From an uncultured Clostridia bacterium (GTDB lineage: Bacteria; Bacillota; Clostridia; TANB77; CAG-508): DNA of 64,000 bases. Where the stretch lies: assembly GCA_947426305.1 (NCBI GenBank), contig CANEDP010000004.1, forward strand, positions 2,067 through 66,066, in the 5' to 3' direction. The position numbers and the translations under genes are program-made. Each line of letters opens with the position of its first letter. The first letter of the stretch is position 1. Below, piece by piece: positions 30,829 through 42,378 of the stretch. The notes under the pieces are model-generated. The model saw only the letters and a list, made by a program, of their open reading frames with translations, did not search any database and was not told the DNA's origin.

Positions 30829-32692
30829 TTAATTTTTCTTTACAATATAACATCTTTTTGATTGGTGTAATATTTCAATCTCGTTTTGATTTGGATTTTG
30901 CGCTAAAAATTCATCCAAATCTTCGGTTCCATCCGTCATTCCTATTTTTACAATATATTTGACATTTTCTTTATCTAAACCATCTTGCAAATAATATTGT
31001 GTGCCATCACTAAGGAATTTATCATATTTTATTCCTTCTGTTTGTAAGTCACTAATCGCCAAAGTCCAAGCCCTTTCGTTATTACTTCCTGTTATAAATA
31101 AAACATTTTCTGCTTTGACGTCTTCTATTGTTTTCAAAATTTCCGCTGTCTCGATTTGGTCTTTGGCAAAATTGCAAAAAGCAAAAACAGAACCTTTGAA
31201 AAAGTAATTTTGCTCAAAATACATACCAACCCAATCAGGTATTTTTTCCTTCTGTTCTTGCGTTAAAAACGTTCCTGCTTTAAAAACAATCGTCAAAATG
31301 ACCATCAAAACCCATATGCCTTCATAAATTGGCAAGAAAATTTTGAAATATTTTTTCTGCACATATTCATTGACCAATTTTATGGTAATTGCTAAAACAC
31401 AAACCCACAAAATATAGTATAGTTTGAAGAAATAATATTTTGAAATCAATCCTCCAACTAACCCTAGATAAATCACAATAAAATATGCCACGAATACCCA
31501 AGAAAAAACGTCCAAAAATTCTATCTTAAATTCTTTTTTTCTTATTTTTAAGAAAATATCAACCACATATAAAATGCCAAAAATGGCATAAAATACGAAA
31601 TTGGCATACTTTTCGGTATACATTCCTCCATCATTTTTCAACGCTTCTACTAAATTACTTTGGTCCGCAATAAAGAAAGTTGGCACAAATAAATAGCCGA
31701 TTCCTAAGATAGTAATAAGCAATAAAATTCCTGTCACAAGCAACGTTTTTTTCTTAAATATTTTAAGATACGTTTTGCCCTCTTCTCCAAAATCCTTCAC
31801 AAAAATGTAAATGCAAACTGCTGCAAATACACCTGGAACAAATAAGCAATACGAGAAAATCACACCCATGGCAAGCAAAGAAATTAAAGTGATTGCAAAC
31901 CAAGTTGGAATTTTTTCTTTGCTAAATAATAGAGGCGTAACACAAATCAATCCTGTTACAAACATCATGCCAAGCGATAAATAGGAAAAGCCATATAGAT
32001 ACGAATTATAGGGATATCCAAACATAAATAACCATAGCAAAAACATGGTCAAAACAAAGCCCAATTTGCCTTTGATTTTGTCCATAATTAATACGTAAAA
32101 AATCAAACTACTTAGGAAAAGTACGCTGATATCAAACATTTCATAAATATAATATTCTGGCACGCCAAATAGACCGATTAACAACATTCATCAGTAAACC
32201 GTCATTGATGTACGCACCCGTTTGCATGACATTGAAATCAAAAATCGTTTTATCCTCGCAATTGACAAAAATGATTAAATGATCCGAAAAATGCTTGGCT
32301 GCACGATAATGCACCGCTGAATCCAAAGCCGCATATTTTAATCCACCATCTTGCGGACGGATTTCTTTTACCACAATTCCTGTAAAAATCACGCACAAAA
32401 TGGCTAGTCCTATTAAATCCTGTTTTTTTACGGTATACTTTTGGTAATCCTTATTTTTCACAGCTTTATACCCCAAAAGCACCGCCAACAAACTATTAAG
32501 CATTGACAACAACCACAAATGGCAAGTGATTTTTAGCAAGCCCAAAATCATGCAAACTGTGATATTATATCCCATAAAACTAATCACAAAAATGGTGACC
32601 CATTTTATGACATTTAATTTTTCATCTGATTTTTTAAATCCTAAAAATCCTGCTCCTAATAATAAAACAGATAGTAAATATAAAATTCTCAT
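30829..32692 (-). CDS. Large polytopic membrane protein (GT-C-like?), frame broken at CGG 32174-32176 (620 aa after +1)
   Basis: ORFs join as ..LLMNVVN-G-LFGVPEYYIYEMFD... More than 12 TM helices plus a soluble C-terminal domain. Confidence 0.55.
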
Positions 32693-33923
32693 TTATTTTT
32701 TCCTCCTCAAAATCCAGCCTTCCTTCACTTCACTTGGAATTTTTAAAATAACTTTTTGTTCCGCTTTTCCAGGATTTACGGTCTGAATTTCTTCTCCTGT
32801 TTCATCGTTCCACAAATTTTCAATGGTAAACGCAATTGGCGAAATCTTGCCTGGAACAAGCAATTCCAATTCATCTCCAACAGACAACTTATTTCGTATT
32901 TCAATCAACACTTTATCTTCCAATTGCTTGATAACTTTCCCACCAAATTCATAATCCCAATTATATTGGCATCCTGAATAATCTTGAAAATCCGTATTAT
33001 TTCGGTCATTGAAGTAAAATGTTGTTAATCCACGGGTTTTGGTCTTTTCCAATTCTTTTAGATATTGGGTATAATCATAATTTTCTGGATTTTCGTAAAT
33101 AGCATCTATCGCATTTCGGTAGGCATTGACAACACTTGCTACATAATATTCCGTTTTCAATCTTCCTTCGATTTTTAAACTATCGACTCCCATTTCTATA
33201 ATTTCTGGCAATTCTTTAATTAAGCACAAATCTTTGGAAGAAAAAATATATGTTCCATTTTCATCTGTATCAAGTTCTAGCAACTCGCCAGGTTTATTTT
33301 TCTCTTCGGCATACAAGTTAAAAGCCCATCTACAAGGCTGTGCGCAATCGCCAAGATTTCCTGAGCGATTCACCAAAAATTCACTTAGGAAACATCTTCC
33401 CGAATACCCAAAACAAAGCGCTCCATGCCCAAACATCTCAATTGCCAAATCATCAGGCTTGTTTTTCATAATTTCTCGAATTTGCTCTTTATTTAATTCT
33501 CTTCCCAATATCACACGTTTTGCTCCGTTTTTATGCCAAAAATTGCAAGTGTGATAACTTACAGTATTGGCCTGTGTGCTAATATGAATTTCCACATCTG
33601 GCGCTACTTCTTTCACAGTTTCTACTACGCCACCATCTGAAATGATAATTCCATCTACTTTTAAATCATTCAAAATCTTCGCTTGAACCTTAATTTCATC
33701 ATACGTTTCATCCCAAGCAAAAATATTAATCGCAACATAAACTTTTTTTCCGCGCTCTTTCGCATATTTTACTGTTTTGACTAAATCGTTATCATCAATT
33801 TGAGAACGAGAACGAAGTGACAATTTGGGAGTACCACAATATACCGCATCTGCTCCATATTCAAATGCAACTTTTGCTTTTTCAAAAGAACCGAGCTGGC
33901 GCTAATAATTCTATTTTTTTCAT
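32693..33923 (-). CDS. Peptidase U32 family protein, frame broken at CGG 33891-33893 (409 aa after +1)
   Basis: ATG 33923 gives MKKIELLAPA, then CGG. The +1 frame gives G-SFEKAKVAFEYGADAVYCG.., the canonical U32 N-terminus. Confidence 0.85.
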
Positions 33924-34033
33924 TTTTTACTTCCTTTTTATACAATTTTACAGTTTGTATTATACCATTTCTGTTTTCTTTTTTCAAGAAAAATATGGAA
34001 ATTTTCCTTTTTCTATGATAAAATATCTTTATT

Positions 34034-34919
34034 ATGAAACTAGAATACATCGTAAATTCCACCAACTACAAAACCATAAAAGAAGTGCTAAAATCGCACT
34101 TCCATATTTCAGATAGACTTCTCCTGAAATTAAAACGAACTAATCAGATTTTTCTAAACGAAACTCCTGCTTTTGTGCACACGCCAGTTCATTTGAATGA
34201 TAGAGTAAGTGTCAAAATTTCTTTTCACGAAAAAAGCGAAAATATTCTTCCTACCACTATGGATTTGAATCTTGTTTTTGAAGATGACGCTCTTCTGATT
34301 GTAAATAAACCTGCTGGAATTCCTGTTCATCCGTCAATGGCTCATTTTACAGATAGCCTTGCCAATGGAATTCAATATTACTTTCAAAAAAATCATATCG
34401 AAGCAAAAATTCGCCCTGTCAACCGACTTGACAAAGATACCAGTGGTCTTGTAATCTTTGCCAAAAATGAATACATTCAAGAAACACTCATTCACCAAAT
34501 GGAAAATCACACATTTCAAAAATATTATTTAGCTATTTTGACTGGCACATTAGATGAAGCACAAAAAAATCGGCATCATTAATGCCAATATTGCTCGAAA
34601 AGAAAGTAGCATTATTGAGCGCGAAATTAATCCAAATGGGCAAAAATCAATTACGCATTATCGCTTAATCCAAAATTTCGCAGATTGTTGCCTTGTCGAA
34701 TTTCGATTAGAAACTGGACGAACACACCAAATTCGAGTGCATTCGAAATATCTTGGACATTCAATTTTAGGAGATAGCTTGTACGGAACAGCTTCCGGCT
34801 TTATCTCTCGTCAAGCCTTACACAGTTATAAAATTTCTTTTTTTCATCCAGTAACAAAAGAAAAAATGGAATTTGAAATTCCACTTCCAGATGATATGAA
34901 AAAAATCTGCCATACATGA
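34034..34919 (+). CDS. rluD: RluA/RluD-family pseudouridine synthase, frame broken at CGG 34571-34573 (294 aa after +1)
   Basis: S4-like N-terminus and motif HRLDKDTSGLVIFAK-like (VNRLDKDTSGLVIFAK). ORFs join as ..LDEAQKN-G-IINANIARKE... Confidence 0.8.
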
Positions 34920-35073
34920 CAGATTTTTTCATTTTAAACTAATTTATATTATACCATATTTTTATAATTTTGTCAAGTTACTGAAAGTGTTAAAACTTGT
35001 CCAGTAGAGTCCTTACCAGAAAATTCTGTAATAAAGATTCTTTACTTTAACGCTTCAATTTCTTTCCTCCGAT

Positions 35074-35106
35074 ATAAAAAAATCCTTACTTTCAAAAGTA
35101 AGGATT
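35074..35106 (-). terminator. Intrinsic terminator downstream of the nitroreductase gene
   Basis: Stem AATCCTTACT / AGTAAGGATT, with a T-run on the minus strand. Confidence 0.75.
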
Positions 35107-35113
35107 TCTTCAT

Positions 35114-35632
35114 CTAAAACTCGTTCCAAAAAACAATTTCACTCATAGCTTTTCTCTTCTCATGCATCGCACTTGGAACATTTCCTTCCGCAGGATAACC
35201 AAATGGCAACAAATTCACGATTTCTAAATTTTCTGGAATTTTCAAAATTTCTTTTGCTTTGCTTGGGTCAAACGAGCCAACCCAAGTCGAACCCATGCCC
35301 AATTCTTGAATTTGCAACATCATATGAGTTGAAACAATACTGCAATCCACGATTCCCTCATCTTGCCCATCGTATTTTCTTTTCCAAGATTCCTCTTTAT
35401 TATAACATACTACCAAAATCACTGGCGCATCAAATGTAAATCGTGTGCATTCTTTTAATTCTTCTCTTTTTTCTTTATCTGTTACAACTAAAATTCTTTG
35501 TGGCTGAAAATTGCAAGCCGTTGGTGCTAATCTCCCTGTTTCTAACACTTTTTCAATTTTCTCTTTTTCAACTTCTTTCGCAGAAAACTCTCTACAAGAA
35601 TATCTTTTTTGAACTAATTCTAAAAATTCCAT
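35114..35632 (-). CDS. Nitroreductase family protein
   Basis: MEFLELVQKRYSCREF..RLAPTACNFQPQRILVV. Confidence 0.8.
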   Translation of the reverse strand: MEFLELVQKRYSCREFSAKEVEKEKIEKVLETGRLAPTACNFQPQRILVVTDKEKREELKECTRFTFDAPVILVVCYNKEESWKRKYDGQDEGIVDCSIVSTHMMLQIQELGMGSTWVGSFDPSKAKEILKIPENLEIVNLLPFGYPAEGNVPSAMHEKRKAMSEIVFWNEF

Positions 35633-35645
35633 TCAATCTCCCTTT

Positions 35646-36944
35646 TTAAGCCGTTTCTTCCTTTTTCGCATTTTTAATCTTTTTCTTAATTTTGATTGGC
35701 TCACGCTTTTTATTTTCATCAATAACTAATTTCGGCAAACTCTTAGATTCCACGGTTTCCTTCGTAATAATGCATTTTGCAATTTTTTGATTCGACGGAA
35801 TATCATACATAATATCACGCATAATTTCTTCAATAATCGAACGTAGCCCTCTGGCTCCTGTATTTCTTTCAATCGCTTTATCCACAATCACTTGCAAAGC
35901 ATCTGGCTCAAATTCTAGTTCTACGCCATCTAATTCTACCAATTTTTTATATTGCTTTACTAACGCATTTTTTGGTTTTGTTACAATGTCAATTAAAGCC
36001 TCTCTTGTTAATCCTTCTAAAGTAGCTGTAATCGGAAGTCTTCCAACAAACTCTGGAATCAAGCCAAACTTTAGCAAATCTTGTGGTAATATCTTCTTGA
36101 ATATTTCCGTTTTGTTCATGTCTTTTTTGCTTTCAATTTTTGCCCCAAATCCCATTGATTTTTGCCCAACTCGATCTTTGATAATATTTTCCAAGCCTTC
36201 AAATGCTCCACCGCAAATAAATAAAATATTCGAAGTATCAATTTGCAAAAATTCTTGATGTGGATGCTTTCTACCACCTTGTGGTGGAACCGATGCCACT
36301 GTTCCTTCAATAATTTTAAGAAGTGCCTGTTGAACTCCCTCGCCACTTACATCTCTTGTAATAGAAGGATTTTCTGATTTTCTCGTGATTTTATCAATCT
36401 CATCAATATAAATAATTCCTTTTTGTGCTTTTTCCGTATCAAAATTGGCTGCTTGAAGCAGTTTTAAAAGAATATTTTCAACGTCTTCTCCAACATATCC
36501 CGCTTCTGTAAGCGTTGTAGCATCTGCTATTGCAAAAGGAACATTTAGAATTTTGGCTAAAGTTTGTGCTAGTAATGTTTTGCCACAACCTGTTGGTCCA
36601 AGTAACAAAATATTACTTTTTTGGATTTCTACATCGTCCATAAATTCTAAATTGTTAATTCGCTTATAATGATTATAAACCGCTACAGACAAAGTTTTTT
36701 TCGCTTCTTCTTGCCCAATCACATATTCATCTAAAATTTTCTTAATTTCAGCTGGCGTTGGCATTTCTACTTGTTCAATAATATCTTCTTCATCATAAAC
36801 TTCTTCTTCGATGATGTCTTGACATAATCCTACACATTCATCACAAATAAAAACCCCACTTGGTCCAGCAATTATCTTTTTCACAACTTCTTGTGGTTTT
36901 CCACAAAACGAACATTTTACATTTCTCTCTTGACCTTTTGGCAT
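35646..36944 (-). CDS. clpX: ATP-dependent Clp protease ATP-binding subunit ClpX
   Basis: N-terminal zinc finger CSFCGK..CDEC, Walker A GPTGCGKT, and IGF-type loop. Confidence 0.97.
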   Translation of the reverse strand: MPKGQERNVKCSFCGKPQEVVKKIIAGPSGVFICDECVGLCQDIIEEEVYDEEDIIEQVEMPTPAEIKKILDEYVIGQEEAKKTLSVAVYNHYKRINNLEFMDDVEIQKSNILLLGPTGCGKTLLAQTLAKILNVPFAIADATTLTEAGYVGEDVENILLKLLQAANFDTEKAQKGIIYIDEIDKITRKSENPSITRDVSGEGVQQALLKIIEGTVASVPPQGGRKHPHQEFLQIDTSNILFICGGAFEGLENIIKDRVGQKSMGFGAKIESKKDMNKTEIFKKILPQDLLKFGLIPEFVGRLPITATLEGLTREALIDIVTKPKNALVKQYKKLVELDGVELEFEPDALQVIVDKAIERNTGARGLRSIIEEIMRDIMYDIPSNQKIAKCIITKETVESKSLPKLVIDENKKREPIKIKKKIKNAKKEETA

Positions 36945-36980
36945 TTTCTTAATCCTTTCTTATTTTAAGATGATTATTTT

Positions 36981-37583
36981 TTAATTTCTTTTGTCTAAAA
37001 TTCCGTCAATTAAGCCATATTCTAAGGCTTGCTGTGCTGTCATATAATTATCTCTTTCGGTATCATTTTGGATGGTTTCTAAGCTTTGGCCTGTTCTTTC
37101 ACTCAATAATTTGTTCAACTTTTCTCTGGTTCGAACCATGTGGTCAGCATGAATTTTAATTTCTGTAGTTTGACCAGAAAGTCCGCCACCACCAATTAAT
37201 GGTTGATGAATCAAGATTTCTGCATTTGGTGTTGCAAAACGTTTTCCTTTTTCACCAGATGCCAAAAGAACCGCTCCCATACTTGCTGCCATTCCTACGC
37301 AAATGGTCGATACTGGACATTTGATATAATTAATAGTATCTACAATTGCCATTCCATCAGTAATAGAACCACCTGGACTGTTAATATAAAGTGAAATTTC
37401 CTTATCTGGATCTTCCGATTCCAAAAACAACAACTGAGCCACCACCAAACTTGCTGATGCAGAATTAACGTCCTCTGCTAAAAATATAATTCTATCTTTT
37501 AATAATCTTGAAAAAATATCGTAAGACCTTTCTCCTCTGCTTGTTTGCTCGATTACGTAAGGTACTAAACTATTTTCTATCAT
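36981..37583 (-). CDS. clpP: ATP-dependent Clp protease proteolytic subunit
   Basis: [28 protein letters not shown].. with catalytic [16 protein letters not shown] lies 6 nt before ATG 37583. Confidence 0.95.
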   Translation of the reverse strand: MIENSLVPYVIEQTSRGERSYDIFSRLLKDRIIFLAEDVNSASASLVVAQLLFLESEDPDKEISLYINSPGGSITDGMAIVDTINYIKCPVSTICVGMAASMGAVLLASGEKGKRFATPNAEILIHQPLIGGGGLSGQTTEIKIHADHMVRTREKLNKLLSERTGQSLETIQNDTERDNYMTAQQALEYGLIDGILDKRN

Positions 37584-37641
37584 TTCATTCCTCCTATTTT
37601 TTTCATAATATAACATACTATACATCATTTTTTTTATTTTT

Positions 37642-38379
37642 TCAAGCCATTTCAGTAAGAAAATTTAAGTTTTCGCAAATTAAATTATCACATTTTTCGA
37701 CATATTTTTCAAAGGTTGGCTTATCACGAACCGTCCAAGCAAGAATTTTGTCATTTTGTTTCTTTTTATGTAGAATTTTGTCAATGGATTTTACATCATA
37801 AGCTATAAAATCTGGTTTTGTGAAATAATTAAAAATCATATTTGACATGAAAAATTTTTCTATTTTATTCATTTTACTTTTTTCAAAACCACTTGCCAAT
37901 TGTCCCCTTACAACTTCTGGAGCGTTTTTCTTAAACCAGAAAATACTTTTTGGACTAAAACTTTGCACAGCATATTTTCCATCATACTTTTGTAAAATTT
38001 CTAAAACTTCTTTTTCTAATAATCCTACTTTCACATCATATTTTAATTCGATTAAAAGTGCAACTTTTCCATTCACAAAATTTAAAACATCTTCTAACAG
38101 AGGAATTTTCTCCCTTGTTTCTAGCAAATTTAATTTTTTAATTTCCACATAATCGCAATCTTTGACTGGTTTATCAAGTCCTGTCATTCGTTTTAAATTA
38201 TCATCATGAAACACAATTACTTTTCCATCTTTTAGCAAATGCACATCCAATTCTATAATATAGTCATCTTCCATTGCTCTTTGAAAAGCCTGCATTGAAT
38301 TCTCAGGAATGCCATTTTTATGATCAAAAAATCCCCTGTGGGCAATTAATTTTTCAGTTAGAAAAGTTAGATTTTTCAT
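37642..38379 (-). CDS. Glycerophosphodiester phosphodiesterase family protein
   Basis: [33 protein letters not shown]. Confidence 0.8.
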   Translation of the reverse strand: MKNLTFLTEKLIAHRGFFDHKNGIPENSMQAFQRAMEDDYIIELDVHLLKDGKVIVFHDDNLKRMTGLDKPVKDCDYVEIKKLNLLETREKIPLLEDVLNFVNGKVALLIELKYDVKVGLLEKEVLEILQKYDGKYAVQSFSPKSIFWFKKNAPEVVRGQLASGFEKSKMNKIEKFFMSNMIFNYFTKPDFIAYDVKSIDKILHKKKQNDKILAWTVRDKPTFEKYVEKCDNLICENLNFLTEMA

Positions 38380-38420
38380 TGTTTCACCTTCTTTTATCTA
38401 CTATTATATTGTTATAAAAT

Positions 38421-38451
38421 AAAGAAAGGTTCCTAATTGAAACCTTTCTTT
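38421..38451 (-). terminator. Intrinsic terminator after tig
   Basis: Stem AAAGAAAGGTT / AACCTTTCTTT. Confidence 0.7.
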
Positions 38452-38455
38452 ATTT

Positions 38456-39844
38456 TTATTTTGCTTCCTCTTCTTTTTTCGCCGTTTTCTTAGCAGTTGT
38501 TTTTTTCGTTTCTTTCTTTTCAGCTTTTGGTTTGCTTTCTTTTTCAGCCTTTGGAGAACTTTCTGTTACTTTGGCATTATCAATAATGTAATCAATTGAT
38601 TTCTCTGATTTGATACTTGCTTCAATATTTTTCTTCAATTCTTCGTTTTTCATCAATTCTTCTTCTTTTCTACCATACGCTGTTGCCAATTCTTTGATTT
38701 TTTCTTCCATTTCTTTGTCGGTTACTTCGATTTTAGCATCTTTTGAAACAGCTTCCAAAACCAATCTCATTTTTACCGATTCTTTTGCTGGTTCTTCATT
38801 TTCTTTTCTGTAATCTTCCATTGATTTTCCAACCATTTTTAAATATTGTTCCAAATGAATTCCTTGATATGCCAATCGATTGTCCATATCTTGTATCATG
38901 TTATCAATCTCTGTTTCAATCATTCCAGATGGAATATCAATTTCTGTCAAATCTGCAACTGCTTTGACTGCAACTTCTTGCAATTCATTCTTGCTTCTTT
39001 GCGCATTTTGTTCTTCTTGTTTTGCTTTGATATCTGCTTTTAATTCTTTTAATGTATCGAATTCACTAACATCTTTGGCAAATTCGTCATCGATTTTTGG
39101 TAATTCTTTTTCTTTGATTTCGTGAACTTTTACTTTAAATACCGCATCTTTTCCAGCCAAATCTTTTGAAAAATATTCATCAGGAAATTTTACGTTAATA
39201 TCTTTTTCTTCGTCTGTTTTCATGCCAACCACTTGGTCTTCAAATCCTGGAATAAAGGTATTGCTTCCTAATTTTAATTCATGATTTTCTGCTTTTCCGC
39301 CTTCAAATTCTTTTCCGTCAACCGAACCACAAAAATCAATGACAACTGTGTCTTCTAATTTTGCTGCTCTGTCTGTTACAGTTACCATTCTTGAATTTCT
39401 ATCAGCCATATGCTCTAATTCATGCTCGATTGTTTCGTCTGTTACTTCGTATGTATTTTTTTCTAAAGAAATTCCTTTATATTTTCCTAATTTTACTTCT
39501 GGTTTTGTTTGCACAACGGCTGTAAAAATTAAATCTTTTCCTTTTTCCATTTGAGAAATATCAATTTCTGGACGACTAACTGCTTCAATTTTTTCATCTT
39601 TTAAAGCATTTTCATAAATCTCTGGCACAATTTCATTAAATGTATCCTCATAAAATATTTCAGAACCATAGAATTTTTCTACCATGTTCATTGGAACTTT
39701 TCCTTTTCGAAATCCTGGTACATTAAAATATTTGGCATTTTTCTTGTAAACTGTATTCATACCATCTTGGAATACTTTTGCTTCTATTGTAAATTCTAAT
39801 TTTAATTCATTTTTGTTCTCTGTCTTTTCAACTTTAACACTCAT
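38456..39844 (-). CDS. tig: Trigger factor with a Lys-rich C-terminal tail
   Basis: MSVKVEKTENKNELKLEFTIEA.., a PPIase core, and tail ..KPKAEKKETKKTTAKKTAKKEEEAK. Confidence 0.93.
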   Translation of the reverse strand: MSVKVEKTENKNELKLEFTIEAKVFQDGMNTVYKKNAKYFNVPGFRKGKVPMNMVEKFYGSEIFYEDTFNEIVPEIYENALKDEKIEAVSRPEIDISQMEKGKDLIFTAVVQTKPEVKLGKYKGISLEKNTYEVTDETIEHELEHMADRNSRMVTVTDRAAKLEDTVVIDFCGSVDGKEFEGGKAENHELKLGSNTFIPGFEDQVVGMKTDEEKDINVKFPDEYFSKDLAGKDAVFKVKVHEIKEKELPKIDDEFAKDVSEFDTLKELKADIKAKQEEQNAQRSKNELQEVAVKAVADLTEIDIPSGMIETEIDNMIQDMDNRLAYQGIHLEQYLKMVGKSMEDYRKENEEPAKESVKMRLVLEAVSKDAKIEVTDKEMEEKIKELATAYGRKEEELMKNEELKKNIEASIKSEKSIDYIIDNAKVTESSPKAEKESKPKAEKKETKKTTAKKTAKKEEEAK

Positions 39845-40123
39845 TTTATTTCCTCCAAAATCTTTCTAAATTTTACATAGCTTTGCTATTATATCATAAA
39901 TTTTATAAAAATCAAGTGTTTTTTATGAAATACTGCAAAAATTATGTTTTCCAAGACTTGATTTTTTCCAAATTTTATGTTATCATTATAATAGGATATT
40001 TTGTTTATTTTTTAATTACTAACTAGTATTAGGACTGTTTTTTCTTCCGAAACTTTTTAGTTTTGTCACTCGTAAACCTTAGCAACTGTAACTAAAAAAG
40101 CATATTTCAAAGGAGGAATATTT

Positions 40124-40999
40124 ATGCTGAAAATAATTATTTTAAGTTTAATTTTTGCGTTTCTGGCAACATGGTTTAGTTCACCGCGCTTTCTTCGGCA
40201 ACATATTACACTAAAGGATAAAAAAATTGTTTTTCGAGATTGGAAAGAACTTAAAGAAGAACCATTTTTAGAAGACTTTCCCCATTATTCTTACTTAACA
40301 GCTCAATTAATCGCTTTTATCACGACAACGCTCTGTTCATTTATACTACTTCTTTTTTCAGGTAGAGGAGTTGCTCTGTTTAGCGGTGGAATATTGGGTG
40401 GTTTACTGGTAGCATACTTTTTTCGGTTAGTATACAAACCATCAGACGATTTGTTGCCTGATGCAATCATCAAAAAAGTATTCTCTTTTTGGAAGGTCAT
40501 CTTTTTAATTTATCTACTTTTATTTGCCATAGATACGATTCAATTTCGCTTGGCAAGTGTTCCGAAGTATGAGACAGTTGTCTCTTCTGAAATGTTTGCA
40601 AAGGAGGATTTTAATATTTCTGTGAAAGACCTTAATACTATACGGAATTGTACCATCCAAAAAGTCTTCCATGTAAATGGAAAATATATTGTATATTCAG
40701 GGTCAAACTGTTGTATTTTTGTTATTGAAAATAACAAAACCATTACAATTGATTATCCCCGAGTAGGAAGCGGTGCAAATTTTCTTACTATATCGAGTCC
40801 TATTGATTTGAGATCTAAAAATATCAAGGACATTGGTGTTACTGTAGATGACAAATATAATCCCTATTTTGTATATGCTTCATTTAAACAAGAACATTTT
40901 CTCGGGAAATATTCAATTGATAAATTTATCCTTTTGAATCCATTTGATGAAGATAATCTCGAATATTACGATGAACTTCCGGACTTTGCCAAACCCTAA
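40124..40999 (+). CDS. Hypothetical membrane protein (291 aa); the only plus-strand gene in a long minus-strand run
   Basis: AGGAGG RBS, 3-4 TM helices, own terminator. Three in-frame CGG codons (40196, 40424, 40643). Confidence 0.55.
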   Translation: MLKIIILSLIFAFLATWFSSPRFLRQHITLKDKKIVFRDWKELKEEPFLEDFPHYSYLTAQLIAFITTTLCSFILLLFSGRGVALFSGGILGGLLVAYFFRLVYKPSDDLLPDAIIKKVFSFWKVIFLIYLLLFAIDTIQFRLASVPKYETVVSSEMFAKEDFNISVKDLNTIRNCTIQKVFHVNGKYIVYSGSNCCIFVIENNKTITIDYPRVGSGANFLTISSPIDLRSKNIKDIGVTVDDKYNPYFVYASFKQEHFLGKYSIDKFILLNPFDEDNLEYYDELPDFAKP

Positions 41000-41023
41000 A
41001 ACTGATTTTACAGCAATAAAAAA

Positions 41024-41053
41024 CTGACAAGCATTTTTGCCTGTCAGTTTTTT
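41024..41053 (+). terminator. Intrinsic terminator
   Basis: Stem CTGACAAGCA / TGCCTGTCAG followed by a T-run. Confidence 0.75.
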
Positions 41054-41112
41054 ATTTAATATTCAAAATATTTTATTTAATATTTAAAATATTTTATTTA
41101 ATATCTTCAATA
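41050..41112. repeat. Three tandem 21-bp AT-rich repeats (TTTTATTTAATATTCAAAATA-like)
   Basis: Units at 41050-41070, 41071-41091 and 41092-41112, with 1-3 mismatches. Confidence 0.8.
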
Positions 41113-41160
41113 TTAGAGAAGCGAGCAAAATTTTACTTACGTAAAATTTTTCACGCTTGC

Positions 41161-42282
41161 TTAATCCCCCAAACACATTCCAAGTTCTCTGGCCACTTTC
41201 ACCAAATCATGGTCTAATGGAACCGTACGATTTTTGCTAGAAGCCGCCCCTACTTTGGCATCTCTTCCGACAACGTCATCTAAATCAACATATCCCATTT
41301 CTCCACCTTTATAGGTTACTAGCACTTTGAAAATTCCTTGCATCGCAAGTTCCATCGCTTTGACACCATATCTTGTTGACAAAACTCTATCAAATGAAGT
41401 TGGGGTTCCACCTCTTTGAACATAGCCTAGAACTGTATTTCTTGTTGTCATTCCAGTTAATTTTTCAATTTGGTCAGCCACCAATTCTCCTGCTCCACCA
41501 AGACGAATATTATCAAGTCCTGCACCATCATCTAACACTTTTTTAATACTAATTTCTCCATCCTTTGGTTTTGCTCCTTCAGAAACAACAACGATGCTAA
41601 AAGCTTTTCCATTTTCTTTTCTTTTTTGGATTTTTTCAACAACTTTATTAATATCATATGGAATTTCTGGTATCAAGGCAACATCTGCACCACCTGCAAT
41701 GGCAGATTCTAAGGCAATCCAACCAGCATATCTTCCCATAACTTCCAAGGTTAAAACTCTATGATGCGCACTTGCTGTTGTGTGAAGTCTATCCAACGCT
41801 TCCATAGCAACCGACACAGCGGTATTGTAGCCAAAAGTTGTTTCTGTATGAGCCACATCATTATCAATTGTTTTAGGAACACCAATGCAATTCACACCTT
41901 TTAGGCAAAAATCTCTACTTGATTTTTGTGTTCCGTCTCCCCCTAATGTGAATATACATTCAAACCCAGCATTACGAATATTTTCAACACATTTATCTGA
42001 TAAATCTTGATATTCCACCGTTCCATCTTCTTTGACAACTTTGTAATTAAACACATTGGTATTATTGGAAGTTCCAATAATCGTTCCACCCTTGTCCAAA
42101 ATTCCTGAAGCATTGCCATTTGGATCTAATCTTACATAATCATTATTTAGTAAGCCTTTGTATCCTTCAATAAATCCATAAGCTTCTATTCCGTTCGTTT
42201 CAGCAGTTTTCACAATTGCTCTTATAACTGCATTAAGCCCTGGAGCATCTCCTCCATTTGTAAGTATCGCAATTTTTTTCAT
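41161..42282 (-). CDS. pfkA: 6-phosphofructokinase (long form, 373 aa)
   Basis: MKKIAILTNGGDAPGLNA.., GGDGT, PKTIDND. Confidence 0.9.
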   Translation of the reverse strand: MKKIAILTNGGDAPGLNAVIRAIVKTAETNGIEAYGFIEGYKGLLNNDYVRLDPNGNASGILDKGGTIIGTSNNTNVFNYKVVKEDGTVEYQDLSDKCVENIRNAGFECIFTLGGDGTQKSSRDFCLKGVNCIGVPKTIDNDVAHTETTFGYNTAVSVAMEALDRLHTTASAHHRVLTLEVMGRYAGWIALESAIAGGADVALIPEIPYDINKVVEKIQKRKENGKAFSIVVVSEGAKPKDGEISIKKVLDDGAGLDNIRLGGAGELVADQIEKLTGMTTRNTVLGYVQRGGTPTSFDRVLSTRYGVKAMELAMQGIFKVLVTYKGGEMGYVDLDDVVGRDAKVGAASSKNRTVPLDHDLVKVARELGMCLGD

Positions 42283-42378
42283 TTTTGTTTCCCCTCCTAA
42301 ATTTTATTCTCATTTTACTTTTCTATTATATACACATTCTAAAAATTTTTGCAAGTAGTTTATCAAAATATATAAAAA

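Noticed and set aside
33781-34116. ORFs 33781-34065 (-) and 33817-34116 (+) at the U32/rluD divergent region
   Set aside because: The minus-strand ORF is out of frame with the true U32 N-terminus, which begins at ATG 33923. The plus-strand ORF is antisense with no RBS.
34561-34570. An A7 run just before the rluD break, and a T5/A5 run at 16533-16537 near the GNAT break, as homopolymer slippage or indel sites
   Set aside because: Both junctions also contain the in-frame CGG. Skipping its C gives the better-conserved joins (..QKN-G-IINANIAR.., ..NQFI-G-AVMDGF..). The other 14 breaks have no homopolymer, so one common explanation is more parsimonious. A homopolymer indel cannot be strictly excluded for these two.
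41050-41112. A possible CRISPR array
   Set aside because: The units abut directly with no spacers. There are only three AT-only copies and no cas genes.
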